IMG/VR virus record: IMGVR_UViG_3300024255_000005 | DNA: 64,000 nucleotides | Reading direction: 5' to 3' (one strand) | Source of the DNA: an uncultured virus (IMG/VR IMGVR_UViG_3300024255_000005) | Lineage: Duplodnaviria > Heunggongvirae > Uroviricota > Caudoviricetes | Part shown: positions 17,165 to 26,988 of the stretch, piece by piece | Layout: the number at the start of each line of letters is the position of its first letter | How positions within the stretch are numbered: position 1 is the stretch's first letter | The notes under the pieces: generated by a model | Seen by the model: only the letters and a program-made list of their open reading frames with translations | Databases searched by the model: none | Told to the model about the DNA's origin: nothing | Position numbers and translations under genes: made by a program

Positions 17165-18190
17165 ATGGCAAAATTAAAATCATTTGAACAGTTTTTATCT
17201 GAGATGGATAGAACTGAGGAGGTGCAACAAGACGTAGTTGCGACAGCTGAGCCAGTTGAACAATCTGAAGAAAAAGCGGAAGAAGTTCAAGGAAACGGTG
17301 ATGCTATAGAAGAAGCAGTAAACGCATCCGGTTATATTAAAGCTGGTAAATTAGGTTACAATGACCAATTCTTAGCAAGAAGATCTTTATCATGGACATT
17401 ATCCGTTGATTTAGGTTTAAAGGCAACAGACGAATTCGTTGGACCTTGGTTAGGATTTGATCACGTATCATTATACGCGATTGGTAAAAAAGGAGGAACA
17501 ATTCTTGATGACGCTCTAACAGGTAAATATACTTATGACGAATTAAAGGCAGCAGCTGCCGATTTCTTAGGTATTAAAGAATCTGAAGAAGTAATCGAAG
17601 ATGAAATAGTTGAAAACATCGAAGCAGTAACTGAATCTGGTGAAGAAGCTGGTTTACCTGCTGAAGATTTAAAAGATGAAACTGAAGTAGTTGATAATGA
17701 CTGTGAAACTCCTGAAGACAAATCAGACGAATTAGAAGCTGAATTAGAAGACACTGTTGATGCTGCTGGAAATGAAGAAATTTCTGAAGCTGAAGAAACT
17801 GAAGAGGTTGCTGAAGAAGAAACTGAAGAAGTTGCTGAAGCTGAAGAAACTGAAGAGGTTGCTGAAGAAGAAACTGAAGAAGTTGCTGAAGAAGAGGAAG
17901 AAGTAAGATTAGTTTCTGATATGTTAAAAGAGGTTTACGAATCATGTAAAAATGAAGCTAAAGCTTGGGAAGACGATGCACACGATGAGCATACTGTTGA
18001 AACGTATATGAAAGAAAATGCTGCATTAGTTGGAGCGCTAGCTGCCCAATCTCTTAAAGAAATGAAAGAAGATTATTCAGTTGAAGCTTATGAAGCTGCA
18101 TGTAATGAAATGATCGAATCATATTCTAAGAAAGTGAATGAGATGAAAGAATCTGATTCAGCTGTTGGTGAGGAAACTCCAGAAGCTTAA
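17165..18190 (+). CDS. Highly acidic protein with capsid-targeting-like N-terminus (possible prohead core/internal protein)
   Basis: MAKLKSFEQFLSE; Glu-rich with internal repeats. Confidence 0.75.
   Translation: MAKLKSFEQFLSEMDRTEEVQQDVVATAEPVEQSEEKAEEVQGNGDAIEEAVNASGYIKAGKLGYNDQFLARRSLSWTLSVDLGLKATDEFVGPWLGFDHVSLYAIGKKGGTILDDALTGKYTYDELKAAAADFLGIKESEEVIEDEIVENIEAVTESGEEAGLPAEDLKDETEVVDNDCETPEDKSDELEAELEDTVDAAGNEEISEAEETEEVAEEETEEVAEAEETEEVAEEETEEVAEEEEEVRLVSDMLKEVYESCKNEAKAWEDDAHDEHTVETYMKENAALVGALAAQSLKEMKEDYSVEAYEAACNEMIESYSKKVNEMKESDSAVGEETPEA
17784..17890 (+). repeat. 51-bp tandem duplication encoding (EAEETEEVAEEETEEVA)x2
   Basis: Units start at about 17784 and 17835. Confidence 0.8.
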
Positions 18191-18208
18191 TATTAAAATT
18201 AACAATAT

Positions 18209-18234
18209 AAACTTTTTAAAGGGTTCATGTATAA
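18209..18234 (+). promoter_or_regulatory. Putative middle-type promoter AAAC-N16-GTATAA overlapping a terminator hairpin
   Basis: Conserved motif and spacer. Confidence 0.65.
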
Positions 18235-18250
18235 TACATGGACCTTTTTT
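18218..18250 (+). terminator. Rho-independent terminator
   Basis: AAAGGGTTCATGTA-TAA-TACATGGACCTTT followed by a T run. Confidence 0.7.
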
Positions 18251-18264
18251 ATTTATAAAGTAAT

Positions 18265-18771
18265 ATGCCAAGAATTTCAGTAGACGTAATATACATGCAA
18301 ATAGCATATCAAATTTCTAAACTTAGTTATGCTGAGAGAAGGAAAGTCGGTTGTATAGTAGTTAAAGACGAGCAGATTGTTTCATTTGGATATAATGGAA
18401 CTCCACATGGTTTTGATAATCAATGTGAAGAAACTCAAACTAGAAATATAGATAATCCTGACCACAAAGAAATTTTAATAGAAAAAGGATATGAATGTGA
18501 AGATACTTGTTGTTCTAAACAAGTTACTAAACAAGAAGTCTTACATGCAGAATCAAATGCACTAATGAAGATTTCAAAATCTACACTTACTTCGAAAGGA
18601 TCGATCCTATATACTACTACTTCTCCATGTTTTGAATGTGCTAAGTTAATTATACAAGCTGGTGTAGAAAAGGTATTCTATTGTGAAGGATATAGGGATT
18701 TGTCAGGTATTTCTTTATTAAAAAAGGCAGGAATTATTGTTGAACAAGTAATCGTATGGAATGAGCATTAA
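18265..18771 (+). CDS. dCMP deaminase
   Basis: KVGCIVV, GYNGTP, HAESNA and SPCFECAK. Confidence 0.92.
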   Translation: MPRISVDVIYMQIAYQISKLSYAERRKVGCIVVKDEQIVSFGYNGTPHGFDNQCEETQTRNIDNPDHKEILIEKGYECEDTCCSKQVTKQEVLHAESNALMKISKSTLTSKGSILYTTTSPCFECAKLIIQAGVEKVFYCEGYRDLSGISLLKKAGIIVEQVIVWNEH

Positions 18772-18976
18772 TAAAATATTCTTACCGGAATTAAAACACT
18801 TAGAAGACTTTCTAAAAGAGAATGGAAGCCATGAATTATACAGAAGATATATTCAAAAGGCTGACGCAACCGTAGGACCCTCGGCATCCCATGCCTTTAT
18901 AGAGGACTTTATGAAATACTACAGAGAAGGAGAACATAATACCTTCTATATTATACCGCAGCTTAAACTTTTCTAA
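18761..18976 (+). CDS. Hypothetical protein
   Basis: Overlap-coupled ORF. Confidence 0.6.
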   Translation: MSINKIFLPELKHLEDFLKENGSHELYRRYIQKADATVGPSASHAFIEDFMKYYREGEHNTFYIIPQLKLF

Positions 18977-18990
18977 GTTTAGGTGTATAA
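18965..18990 (+). promoter_or_regulatory. Putative middle-type promoter AAAC-N16-GTATAA
   Basis: Conserved motif and spacer. Confidence 0.7.
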
Positions 18991-19009
18991 TAATAAAATA
19001 GGTTAAATC

Positions 19010-19522
19010 ATGCAAACAACTGAAGAAAAAGATATTGTAAAATATCAGTGGAAAAAGGGAGATAATTTTGGTAAGGTAGTTGAGGTAGAATCTAAAGATT
19101 CTGAATTCACCTACTTCAAGAATGGATCTAAAATTTTTAATAACGTATTGCCAGAATTTTTAGAACTAGTAACTGCAGAGGGATTACCATTTCCTGGAGC
19201 TGGGCTTATAGGAACTACACCTAAAAAAGCTCCTGTTAAAGAAATTGAAAAAAAGGTAGAAGTTAAAAAAGCTTCTTCTCCTCTCGGTCAATTAATTAAA
19301 ACTTTATCTGCTAAGAATGTTGAATCATTTCAATTAAGCGTAGGAATCAATCTTCCTAAGAAAGAAATATTTGATATGTTAGTTGAAAACTCTGAAGAAG
19401 AAAAAGATCAAATCTTAGAAGAAATCTCTAAATCAGCTGTTTCTCAAATAGAGATAAATAACCTACAAGAATTTTTAAACGAACAAATAACTGAATTTGT
19501 AACTAATTATTATAAAATATGA
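19010..19522 (+). CDS. Hypothetical protein
   Basis: ORF; first gene of a tightly coupled run. Confidence 0.75.
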   Translation: MQTTEEKDIVKYQWKKGDNFGKVVEVESKDSEFTYFKNGSKIFNNVLPEFLELVTAEGLPFPGAGLIGTTPKKAPVKEIEKKVEVKKASSPLGQLIKTLSAKNVESFQLSVGINLPKKEIFDMLVENSEEEKDQILEEISKSAVSQIEINNLQEFLNEQITEFVTNYYKI

Positions 19523-19905
19523 GTCAAGCAAGAAAATACAGAAGAGACACCTATAAACAAGCTGGATTATTAAAAGCTAAAAACGAATGGGGAAGATTCT
19601 CTGAAAAAGGAATAGCATGGTATTCTTTAAAACAAGAAGAAGGAAAGCAATTTCATGAAGCTAATACAAATAGAGTCAATGATCAAATAGAAGCTCAACT
19701 AGGAGCTAAGTTAGAATCGTTAAAAGAAACATGGACTGAAGTCGGTTATAACAAAGAAGAGATTGATTTGTTAGAAGAAGCCTTCGCGATGACTACGATC
19801 AAAGATAAAGAAACTTATAGAGCTGATAGAAAAGCGGCTAGGAAAATATACAGAAAAGTTCAACAATCCCTAGAAGAAAGATTAAATGCAAGAGATAACT
19901 CTTAA
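19519..19905 (+). CDS. Hypothetical protein
   Basis: ATGA-coupled ORF. Confidence 0.75.
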   Translation: MSQARKYRRDTYKQAGLLKAKNEWGRFSEKGIAWYSLKQEEGKQFHEANTNRVNDQIEAQLGAKLESLKETWTEVGYNKEEIDLLEEAFAMTTIKDKETYRADRKAARKIYRKVQQSLEERLNARDNS

Positions 19906-20200
19906 GATAGCAGATAATGGTGTAATTAAAACCGTAACAGATGATAACATTAATGCGGCTGGTGAGAAATACGAGTCAGTTATTGTCTATGATTTTGATA
20001 AAGGTATCGATGATAGATTAAATTTTATCAAAGATATCTGCATCGATGTCGGATTAGACTTTGGTAATTCAAAACAATCTAATCAAATAAAGGTGGTCAC
20101 TGAATGGGGAACTAATTACAGTCCCTCTACCATCGAAACAAAACATAAAATCCAAACTTTACAAACTAAAATTAAAGAGTTGGAGAAATTGATAAGATGA
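19886..20200 (+). CDS. Hypothetical protein
   Basis: Overlapping ORF. Confidence 0.7.
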   Translation: MQEITLKIADNGVIKTVTDDNINAAGEKYESVIVYDFDKGIDDRLNFIKDICIDVGLDFGNSKQSNQIKVVTEWGTNYSPSTIETKHKIQTLQTKIKELEKLIR

Positions 20201-20598
20201 CAACAACGACCGAAATTACAATAGAATGTGTATGGTGTAACAGTAGAAAGGAATTTAATAAATTTTGTAGAAACAACCCAGGAGAAACAGTTATAGATTT
20301 TTATAGCATTAGAAATAAGCTAGTTAAATCAGATCCCTATGATACTGAACCACATCGCTCTGTAATTGGTCTTGCAATAAGAGATTCTTTCATTAATGTT
20401 CTAAATAAGAATGCAGACTTAGAAAAAATCATTTACTTATTTAAAAATTTAGATGCAGAAACTATTGACAACTTTAAATTATTTTTACAAGAAACAATAG
20501 AACCTGCTGCATCGCTAAACTTAACAGTTATTAATAGAGATGATTATCCTAAAGGCGTTCTTAAAAGATTCGAAAGCGTCAAGATAATCGATCTATAA
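20197..20598 (+). CDS. Hypothetical protein
   Basis: ATGA-coupled ORF. Confidence 0.7.
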   Translation: MTTTTEITIECVWCNSRKEFNKFCRNNPGETVIDFYSIRNKLVKSDPYDTEPHRSVIGLAIRDSFINVLNKNADLEKIIYLFKNLDAETIDNFKLFLQETIEPAASLNLTVINRDDYPKGVLKRFESVKIIDL

Positions 20599-21188
20599 TG
20601 ATAAGACATAAGTTATTTTCAAAGGGTGAAAGAATACATGCCCTTATATCCAACACTAGACATTCTCACATCGTATTTCCCGTTTATGGAATAATTCATG
20701 ACGTTAAGTTCGACGAGGATATGCCAAGGTATCAGATAAGAATTACTAAGTTCCATGACAATATAGATTTCTTAAAAAGATATCTCTTCGGTATGAAGTT
20801 TTCAAAAGACTTTAATAATAGAACTACAACATTCGGTCTTTCTAGAAAGAACTATAAATCTATGAAAGACTTTCAAAATCAAATAGATTCTAAGTGGGAA
20901 TCCTATATGATCTCAGTTGATTCCGTAATGTGTGTTAAGACCAAATCAGAGGTAATAGATCTATTTAACAATATACAAGATTTCTTAATCGAAAAGAATT
21001 TTAAAGATATATTTGAACTCTCAAGCAGAAGTGTATATTCTTCTGGCAAATATTATTATCAATCCAGGGGAGTATATGCTGCCCATCTCAAGAAGTTTTT
21101 AGGAGATAGAGAACCAAAGACGGATAAATATTATGATAAGCTTTTATATAGACCACAGTCAGACGATCTGGATGACATAGAATTGTGA
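20598..21188 (+). CDS. Hypothetical protein
   Basis: TAATG-coupled ORF. Confidence 0.75.
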   Translation: MIRHKLFSKGERIHALISNTRHSHIVFPVYGIIHDVKFDEDMPRYQIRITKFHDNIDFLKRYLFGMKFSKDFNNRTTTFGLSRKNYKSMKDFQNQIDSKWESYMISVDSVMCVKTKSEVIDLFNNIQDFLIEKNFKDIFELSSRSVYSSGKYYYQSRGVYAAHLKKFLGDREPKTDKYYDKLLYRPQSDDLDDIEL

Positions 21189-21195
21189 ATATATA
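21187..21195 (+). promoter_or_regulatory. Putative late promoter variant GAATATATA
   Basis: Sits at the start of the structural module. Confidence 0.55.
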
Positions 21196-21223
21196 AAACC
21201 TAGTAAAAACATAATATTACAAT

Positions 21224-22999
21224 ATGCCATTATTTGGATTAGTATCAGCGGGAGCAGCTTCCAGTTTAAAATCATCAGTTTCAGGCTTTGGAGATAAAGT
21301 AGATAACTTCTTTAATCTATCAAGTCCAGACGGACATGGCGCAGGAAATGTAGATCCTCAGGATATATTAAGAGGTCAGTTTTCAGACCCAAACGCAAAA
21401 AACGCTGCTATGAAAACAGGTCAACCCCTGAGTAACGTTAGCCCTACTATTAATTCAGAAGCAGATGCATATTACACACAAACAGCCGACTCAGTTATCT
21501 ACTATAAAAAAGACGATGCTGGAAAACCACAAGAAGGTGTAGCTTCAGCTGCAATAACAGATGGTTTAAAACCTTATTCTGTATTTAATAAATATTCTTT
21601 AGTAAATTTTAGAGGTAGTTTCTTTACTCCTGGTGGATCTGCGAAGGCGACGGGTGTAGATATTAAAGAATATAATAAAATAGATCCAAAGACGCTAGAC
21701 AATCCTTCTGTTTCTAAAATAATAGAAGTTACAAAAGCAGCTGCAGCCGGTGGATCCGGATATGGCTATATGTACAATTACGCTGATTTTGCAATGTGTA
21801 GATATAATGGTAAAATACCTAATAATTATTTATTAACTCTTAGAAGATTTCCATACCCTATAATGGATGATATTATAGCACCAATGGATGTTGATAAAGC
21901 AGGAAATCCGACACCAGTCGATCAGCCTGACATTGCGAGAGCAGTTACATGGATGAGTGAGGTTACAGGTAATAATATGAACTCTATACTTAATTGGAGC
22001 CATGGATATAATTGGAAAGATGAAACCGCAAGTGTACAGACTAAGCAATCTCAAAATAAAAACAGAAGAGGTGCTTTTGGGCAGTTTTTAGATTCAAGTG
22101 TAATAGGTACTGCAGCAGCAAACGCAAGTGCAGGTGTAGATGGAGTTACTGCCCAAAAAAGAGCAAATGGAGGTGGAGGTTATGATGCGTATAGTGATAC
22201 CTATCCTAATCATGTCTTTGGCCCGGTAAACGTTATTAAGAATGTATCTTTCAGAGATCAAGGTTTAACGTTTAATCAAGAATTTAAACTTAAATTTGAA
22301 TATGAGTTAAGATCATTTAGTGGAGCTAACCCTAAAATATTGATGCTAGATCAACTCGCTAATATAATGGTATTGACTTCAAGTCAAGCACCGTTCTGGG
22401 GAGGAGCAGTACGATATGTCGGAGATGGTTCTACTGGAAAGCCATTAGGAGATCTTTCGATGATTAAATCTGGTAACTATAGTGGATTTATCAAAAGTGT
22501 AGCGTCTGGTTTAGGTGACATGTTTAAAGGAGTTGCTAAAGATATAGGAGGATTAATGGATGGGAAAGATTCTAAGTTTTTAAATAATATACTGGGCGGT
22601 ACTTTAATGAAAATGTTTAATTCTCCACAAGGTGGTCAGGCCGCAGCCTCTCTACTAACAGGAGATCCTACTGGTTCATGGCACTTGACAGTTGGAAATC
22701 CATTAAACCCAGTAATGATGGTAGGTAATCTAACATGTAGAGAAACCAACGTAACATTTGAAGGTGGTATGGGAGTTCAGGATTTTCCTGAAAGAATGGT
22801 AGTTGAAATTACATTAAAACCCGGTAGAGCAAGAGATAAATTAGATATAGAGTCTATGTTTAATATGGGTAGAGGTAGATTTTATCTTCAACCTAAGGAC
22901 GGAGTTGATGTTAATAAAGTGTACGTTGAAACGGCCTATGGTGGAAAGGATAAAAGAAAGTCTCTTAATTCTGAATTTAGAAAAATAGCTAACGGTTAA
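21224..22999 (+). CDS. Putative baseplate/tail-tube initiation protein
   Basis: Context before gp53-like, hub and spike genes. C-terminal WHLTVGNPLNP...VTFEG..DFPERMVVEITLKP resembles a tube-fold cap protein. Confidence 0.55.
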   Translation: MPLFGLVSAGAASSLKSSVSGFGDKVDNFFNLSSPDGHGAGNVDPQDILRGQFSDPNAKNAAMKTGQPLSNVSPTINSEADAYYTQTADSVIYYKKDDAGKPQEGVASAAITDGLKPYSVFNKYSLVNFRGSFFTPGGSAKATGVDIKEYNKIDPKTLDNPSVSKIIEVTKAAAAGGSGYGYMYNYADFAMCRYNGKIPNNYLLTLRRFPYPIMDDIIAPMDVDKAGNPTPVDQPDIARAVTWMSEVTGNNMNSILNWSHGYNWKDETASVQTKQSQNKNRRGAFGQFLDSSVIGTAAANASAGVDGVTAQKRANGGGGYDAYSDTYPNHVFGPVNVIKNVSFRDQGLTFNQEFKLKFEYELRSFSGANPKILMLDQLANIMVLTSSQAPFWGGAVRYVGDGSTGKPLGDLSMIKSGNYSGFIKSVASGLGDMFKGVAKDIGGLMDGKDSKFLNNILGGTLMKMFNSPQGGQAAASLLTGDPTGSWHLTVGNPLNPVMMVGNLTCRETNVTFEGGMGVQDFPERMVVEITLKPGRARDKLDIESMFNMGRGRFYLQPKDGVDVNKVYVETAYGGKDKRKSLNSEFRKIANG

Positions 23000-23000
23000 A

Positions 23001-23468
23001 ATGAAAATATATTCTATAGATAAAAAGAAACTTGTAGATAATAAACTATCTATGAGTACTCCTACTCTTATTTTTGCAGATTCAACTAGAGTACAGGAGG
23101 TTCATGTTGTAAGTAACGATGAAACCGGTAGAATAGATTTAGTATCTTTGTCAGAATACGGAACTCATGATTATACTGATGTTATTTTAAAGTTTAATGG
23201 GATATCTAATCCTTTTTCTATAATGGAGGGCGATGTACTATACATTCCTCCTAGAGATTATGGTAAAAAGAAATGGAAATTAACTTTAAATAAGGACGAG
23301 AAAAACCCAATAAGAGATCAATTCATAAACACTAAAAGACTTCCAGTCAAAGACGCAAATAGAATTGAATACTTAAGTAAGAAATACAATAAAGAAATAT
23401 TACCTCCGAATATATTAAAGACTGGGGAAACTAACATCGAAGTAAGTAACGGAGAAATAAGAATTTAA
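23001..23468 (+). CDS. Baseplate wedge protein, gp53/LysM-like
   Basis: GRIDLVSLSEYG....DVILKFNGISNPFSIMEGDVLYIP. Confidence 0.7.
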   Translation: MKIYSIDKKKLVDNKLSMSTPTLIFADSTRVQEVHVVSNDETGRIDLVSLSEYGTHDYTDVILKFNGISNPFSIMEGDVLYIPPRDYGKKKWKLTLNKDEKNPIRDQFINTKRLPVKDANRIEYLSKKYNKEILPPNILKTGETNIEVSNGEIRI

Positions 23469-23488
23469 ATTAAATAAAAATAAAAATT

Positions 23489-24211
23489 ATGAAACGCATA
23501 CAATTATTTGAACAATTTATTAAAGAAGGAAAATTTGATAAACCAATTAAACTTAGTGTAAAAAAATCTAGGAAAAACCCATATACATTTAGTGATAAAA
23601 TGGATAATGATGAATTATACAAATTGTTTTTCCAAGCCATGGGTAAAGAAGTTGCAGATAAAGAAGAACTTGACGGATATAAAGATACTGATTATAAAAA
23701 AGCGAGAATAGACATCTTTAATATTATGATGTCAAGAGGAGCTAATCCTTACCGGGATAAACGCACATGGGCTGACGACTGGGAAGAAGAAGAGTACGAT
23801 ATAGATGAACAATTTGTAAACGAGGCTCTAAAGGTTGGCAGAGACCAAGATCTAGCTAACGAAATTATAGCAGTACTTTATGCTGAAAGAGATACACCGG
23901 AAGGTGAAGCACTGAAGGCAGCCGGTGGAATGGTAGCAGGTGGAAGTACAACTGGAGAAGAAATGTATCTAAGCATTTGGAATAAAGATTCTGTTAAAGC
24001 ATTGCATGGTTCAAAGGTAAGAGTTCCTGGAAAGGTTATGCTAGGTACTTTAATTGGAGTAGCAGCTGATAATGGAAAGAGTTACTATTTTGATGGTGGC
24101 GTATTCGTTGAAGGTGATAAAGACGTTAAAGGAGCTAAGGTAGGAATGGACTTTAGAGATTTTGTCGATATCCTCGTTAAAAAGAAGATCATCAACAAAC
24201 CTACATACTAA
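23489..24211 (+). CDS. Hypothetical protein with capsid-targeting-like N-terminus
   Basis: MKRIQLFEQFIKE, plus an internal EQFVNE. Confidence 0.75.
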   Translation: MKRIQLFEQFIKEGKFDKPIKLSVKKSRKNPYTFSDKMDNDELYKLFFQAMGKEVADKEELDGYKDTDYKKARIDIFNIMMSRGANPYRDKRTWADDWEEEEYDIDEQFVNEALKVGRDQDLANEIIAVLYAERDTPEGEALKAAGGMVAGGSTTGEEMYLSIWNKDSVKALHGSKVRVPGKVMLGTLIGVAADNGKSYYFDGGVFVEGDKDVKGAKVGMDFRDFVDILVKKKIINKPTY

Positions 24212-24224
24212 AAACTAAGAGGGC

Positions 24225-25715
24225 ATGCCATTAAACAATCATATTTTAAATGTAATAGATCATTCATTAGAACTCGATGTTATAAAGTTTGACGCAGCAG
24301 GTGAGGATGAACCAGATGGAACTAAGCATAGCCATGAGATTGGTGGACCTGTTCCAATGATAGTAATTAACGGTAAATCATTTTCAGAAACAGACGTTAG
24401 GCGTTTAGAAATTAATTGTAATGATAAGATTCCTACTATAAGTCTAATAATAATGGATACGGCAGGTACATTTGATAGTGATTCAACACCAAGAGATGGA
24501 GATGTTATATCTATTAGGATCGCTGCTAGGCAACAAGACACATTTAGGGATATAAGAATAGATTTTGATATAGATGAAGTTTCAGGTCCTCCTAATAGAG
24601 ATCTGGAAAAAGCGGCAGATGGTTCAAAGTATTCCATGGAAGGAACTATGAAAATACCTACAATGTATTCTGAGGGATGTGCATCGTATGAAGGAACTTC
24701 AAGAGAACAGATTGAAGAATTTGCTAATAAATTAAAACTAGGATTAGCTACTAACATAGATGTTTCTGATGATAAAATGAAAGCCCTTAGTGCATGTCAG
24801 CCTAACATTGAATTTTTAAATAATTTAGTAGAACATTCATATATTGGAGAAGATAGCTTTCAAACATATTGTATAGATCCCTATTATAATATTTGTTTTG
24901 TAGATATTAATTCATTATTAAATTCGGAAGAAGGTGTAGATGAAACTTTCGTAAATATGGAAATGGATTTAGATGAAGACGGTGAAGAGCAAAGTTCTAA
25001 TAAAATAGAGATTAGTAACATATTAACAAACGCTGCTAATATGAATTCAACAAATACTTTTATAGAAAGTTATTCGCTTGTTAATAATTCCGGTTCACTT
25101 TCTAAAAAGAATGGATATAAAAGGAAAATGATTTACTATGAACCGGGTGTAGGAATAGTGGCTCATGAATTAGAACCTCTCGCAAGTGATAAGATGAAAG
25201 ACATTGAAGAACCCCTAAAGGGCAGAAGAGGTGAAGACAGATATACTAAAGAAGTAAAATCAAAATTCGTTGGTAGGCTTCCTATTCAATCAGATGATTC
25301 ACCAGGTACGCATCTTAATTATTCTTATTCTGCGATTAGCAATCAGCAAAACCTAGATGAAATGAATAAAATGAAATTAGTAGTTAATCTTAAAACCTTT
25401 AACCCCGGTATTCATTTATGGCAAAAGATACCTGTCCAGATTTTAAAAAGTGGATTTACACAAATGTCTGCTGCACAAGGAATCAATGACTCAAAGGAAA
25501 GTAAAGGATTTGATACAGATCAAGATACCGAGGCAGAACATCCTTCAGAAATGGGAACAGAACAAATTAAAGATGAATTTTTAACTGGTTTTTATGTTAT
25601 TGCTGGAATTATATACAGGTATAAAGAAAGCACTGGAATTACTCAAGAACTAACTCTTTTAAGAAGAGAATGGCCAAGTAGACTCAATAACGTTAACGCA
25701 GAAACAACATCATAA
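24225..25715 (+). CDS. Putative baseplate hub protein (gp27/gpD-like)
   Basis: Size, position upstream of the spike, and C-terminal LTGFYVIAGIIYRY...TQELTLLRRE. Confidence 0.6.
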   Translation: MPLNNHILNVIDHSLELDVIKFDAAGEDEPDGTKHSHEIGGPVPMIVINGKSFSETDVRRLEINCNDKIPTISLIIMDTAGTFDSDSTPRDGDVISIRIAARQQDTFRDIRIDFDIDEVSGPPNRDLEKAADGSKYSMEGTMKIPTMYSEGCASYEGTSREQIEEFANKLKLGLATNIDVSDDKMKALSACQPNIEFLNNLVEHSYIGEDSFQTYCIDPYYNICFVDINSLLNSEEGVDETFVNMEMDLDEDGEEQSSNKIEISNILTNAANMNSTNTFIESYSLVNNSGSLSKKNGYKRKMIYYEPGVGIVAHELEPLASDKMKDIEEPLKGRRGEDRYTKEVKSKFVGRLPIQSDDSPGTHLNYSYSAISNQQNLDEMNKMKLVVNLKTFNPGIHLWQKIPVQILKSGFTQMSAAQGINDSKESKGFDTDQDTEAEHPSEMGTEQIKDEFLTGFYVIAGIIYRYKESTGITQELTLLRREWPSRLNNVNAETTS

Positions 25716-25721
25716 TAATAA

Positions 25722-25730
25722 GAATATATA
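25722..25730 (+). promoter_or_regulatory. Putative late promoter variant GAATATATA, 4 nt before ATG
   Basis: Recurrent motif and spacing. Confidence 0.6.
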
Positions 25731-25734
25731 ATTC

Positions 25735-26985
25735 ATGTCAGACTTTAAAAGCATAGTAGATTTTAAAAAGGGTAAATTAGCGCAGTCTCCGTACCAGGAT
25801 CCTACGTATTTGTCCTTCGTTATATTGTTTGACGTTAATAGTCATGAGCATTCTCCTATTTTTTCAGGAGCTGCTGAAGAATATTATACTCGACACCTGG
25901 GAGCAACTGGTTCTGATAATTCAACAGCGATTACTCCTGGTAAAATAGATCCTATTACGTTCAAGCCGGATGACAACGATCCTACTACTAGGTTCTATAG
26001 TGAAAGATTATCTAATCTCATAAAATTTAAAAAAGCACTATTAGATATTAATAAAAATACTCCATGGTTTTTTCAAGGAATACAGGGAGTAGATCGTGTT
26101 ATAGCAGGCATAGACCCAAATAATCCATATAGAGGAGGAGATGATGCAAAGCTTACTTTAAGTTGTTTAGAATCTATTAATCTTAGGGTTTCAGGTTTGA
26201 TGCACTTATATAGAAAGGCCGTATTTGACGAACACAAGCACAATTGGATATTACCTGAAAATCTTAGAAAATTTTCAATGACAATATATGTTACTGAGGT
26301 TAGAACTATAAAAAATATGTCTAAAATTTCATTATCAGGAATTCCTAAGAAAATATCTTTAGAGACTATTAAAGGATTTCCTGGTAATTTTAAACCTTCA
26401 CTAGGTGTAGAGAATGGAAATACCGGTATTTCCGGAAATGCAGCAAGACCTTTCTTTATGTTTAGATTTAGAGAATGTGAATTCTCTCTAAATTCAGGAG
26501 CAGATCCTTTTGCAGATCTTACTAAAAATCCAGGTGAACAAACCAGGCAAACTGTCGAAATGAAATACGAAGTTATAGATAAAGTCGATGCCAGAGTCCT
26601 AAATGGAATAGTATCAGATACATTTCCAAACGGATATTCACCAGCACCTGATTCTGAAGATTATGAAGCAGATGGTATACTTGGTTTCTTAAAAGATAAA
26701 GCAATAGGAAAGCTTAAAGAATTAAAAGATAGAGCAGAAACTGATATTAACAGATTAGCAAGAGAAAAGAAAGATGAATTAGTTCAAGGAGCAAGAGACG
26801 GTGTCAGAAGACGAGTTCCTAATTTCGAAAACATATATCAAGATGCTCTAAGGGGAGTTTCAGATGGAGTAGATAATATAGGAGCTAATATCGCAGAAAA
26901 TGTGTTTAATGTAGATACAAGTGCGACCGTTGGAAGTGCTTTAGAAAGAGCAGCGGCACAGTCTCTTGGTAATGTAAACGATTAA
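25735..26985 (+). CDS. Putative tail/baseplate structural protein
   Basis: Structural context; no specific motif recognised. Confidence 0.5.
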   Translation: MSDFKSIVDFKKGKLAQSPYQDPTYLSFVILFDVNSHEHSPIFSGAAEEYYTRHLGATGSDNSTAITPGKIDPITFKPDDNDPTTRFYSERLSNLIKFKKALLDINKNTPWFFQGIQGVDRVIAGIDPNNPYRGGDDAKLTLSCLESINLRVSGLMHLYRKAVFDEHKHNWILPENLRKFSMTIYVTEVRTIKNMSKISLSGIPKKISLETIKGFPGNFKPSLGVENGNTGISGNAARPFFMFRFRECEFSLNSGADPFADLTKNPGEQTRQTVEMKYEVIDKVDARVLNGIVSDTFPNGYSPAPDSEDYEADGILGFLKDKAIGKLKELKDRAETDINRLAREKKDELVQGARDGVRRRVPNFENIYQDALRGVSDGVDNIGANIAENVFNVDTSATVGSALERAAAQSLGNVND

Positions 26986-26988
26986 TAT

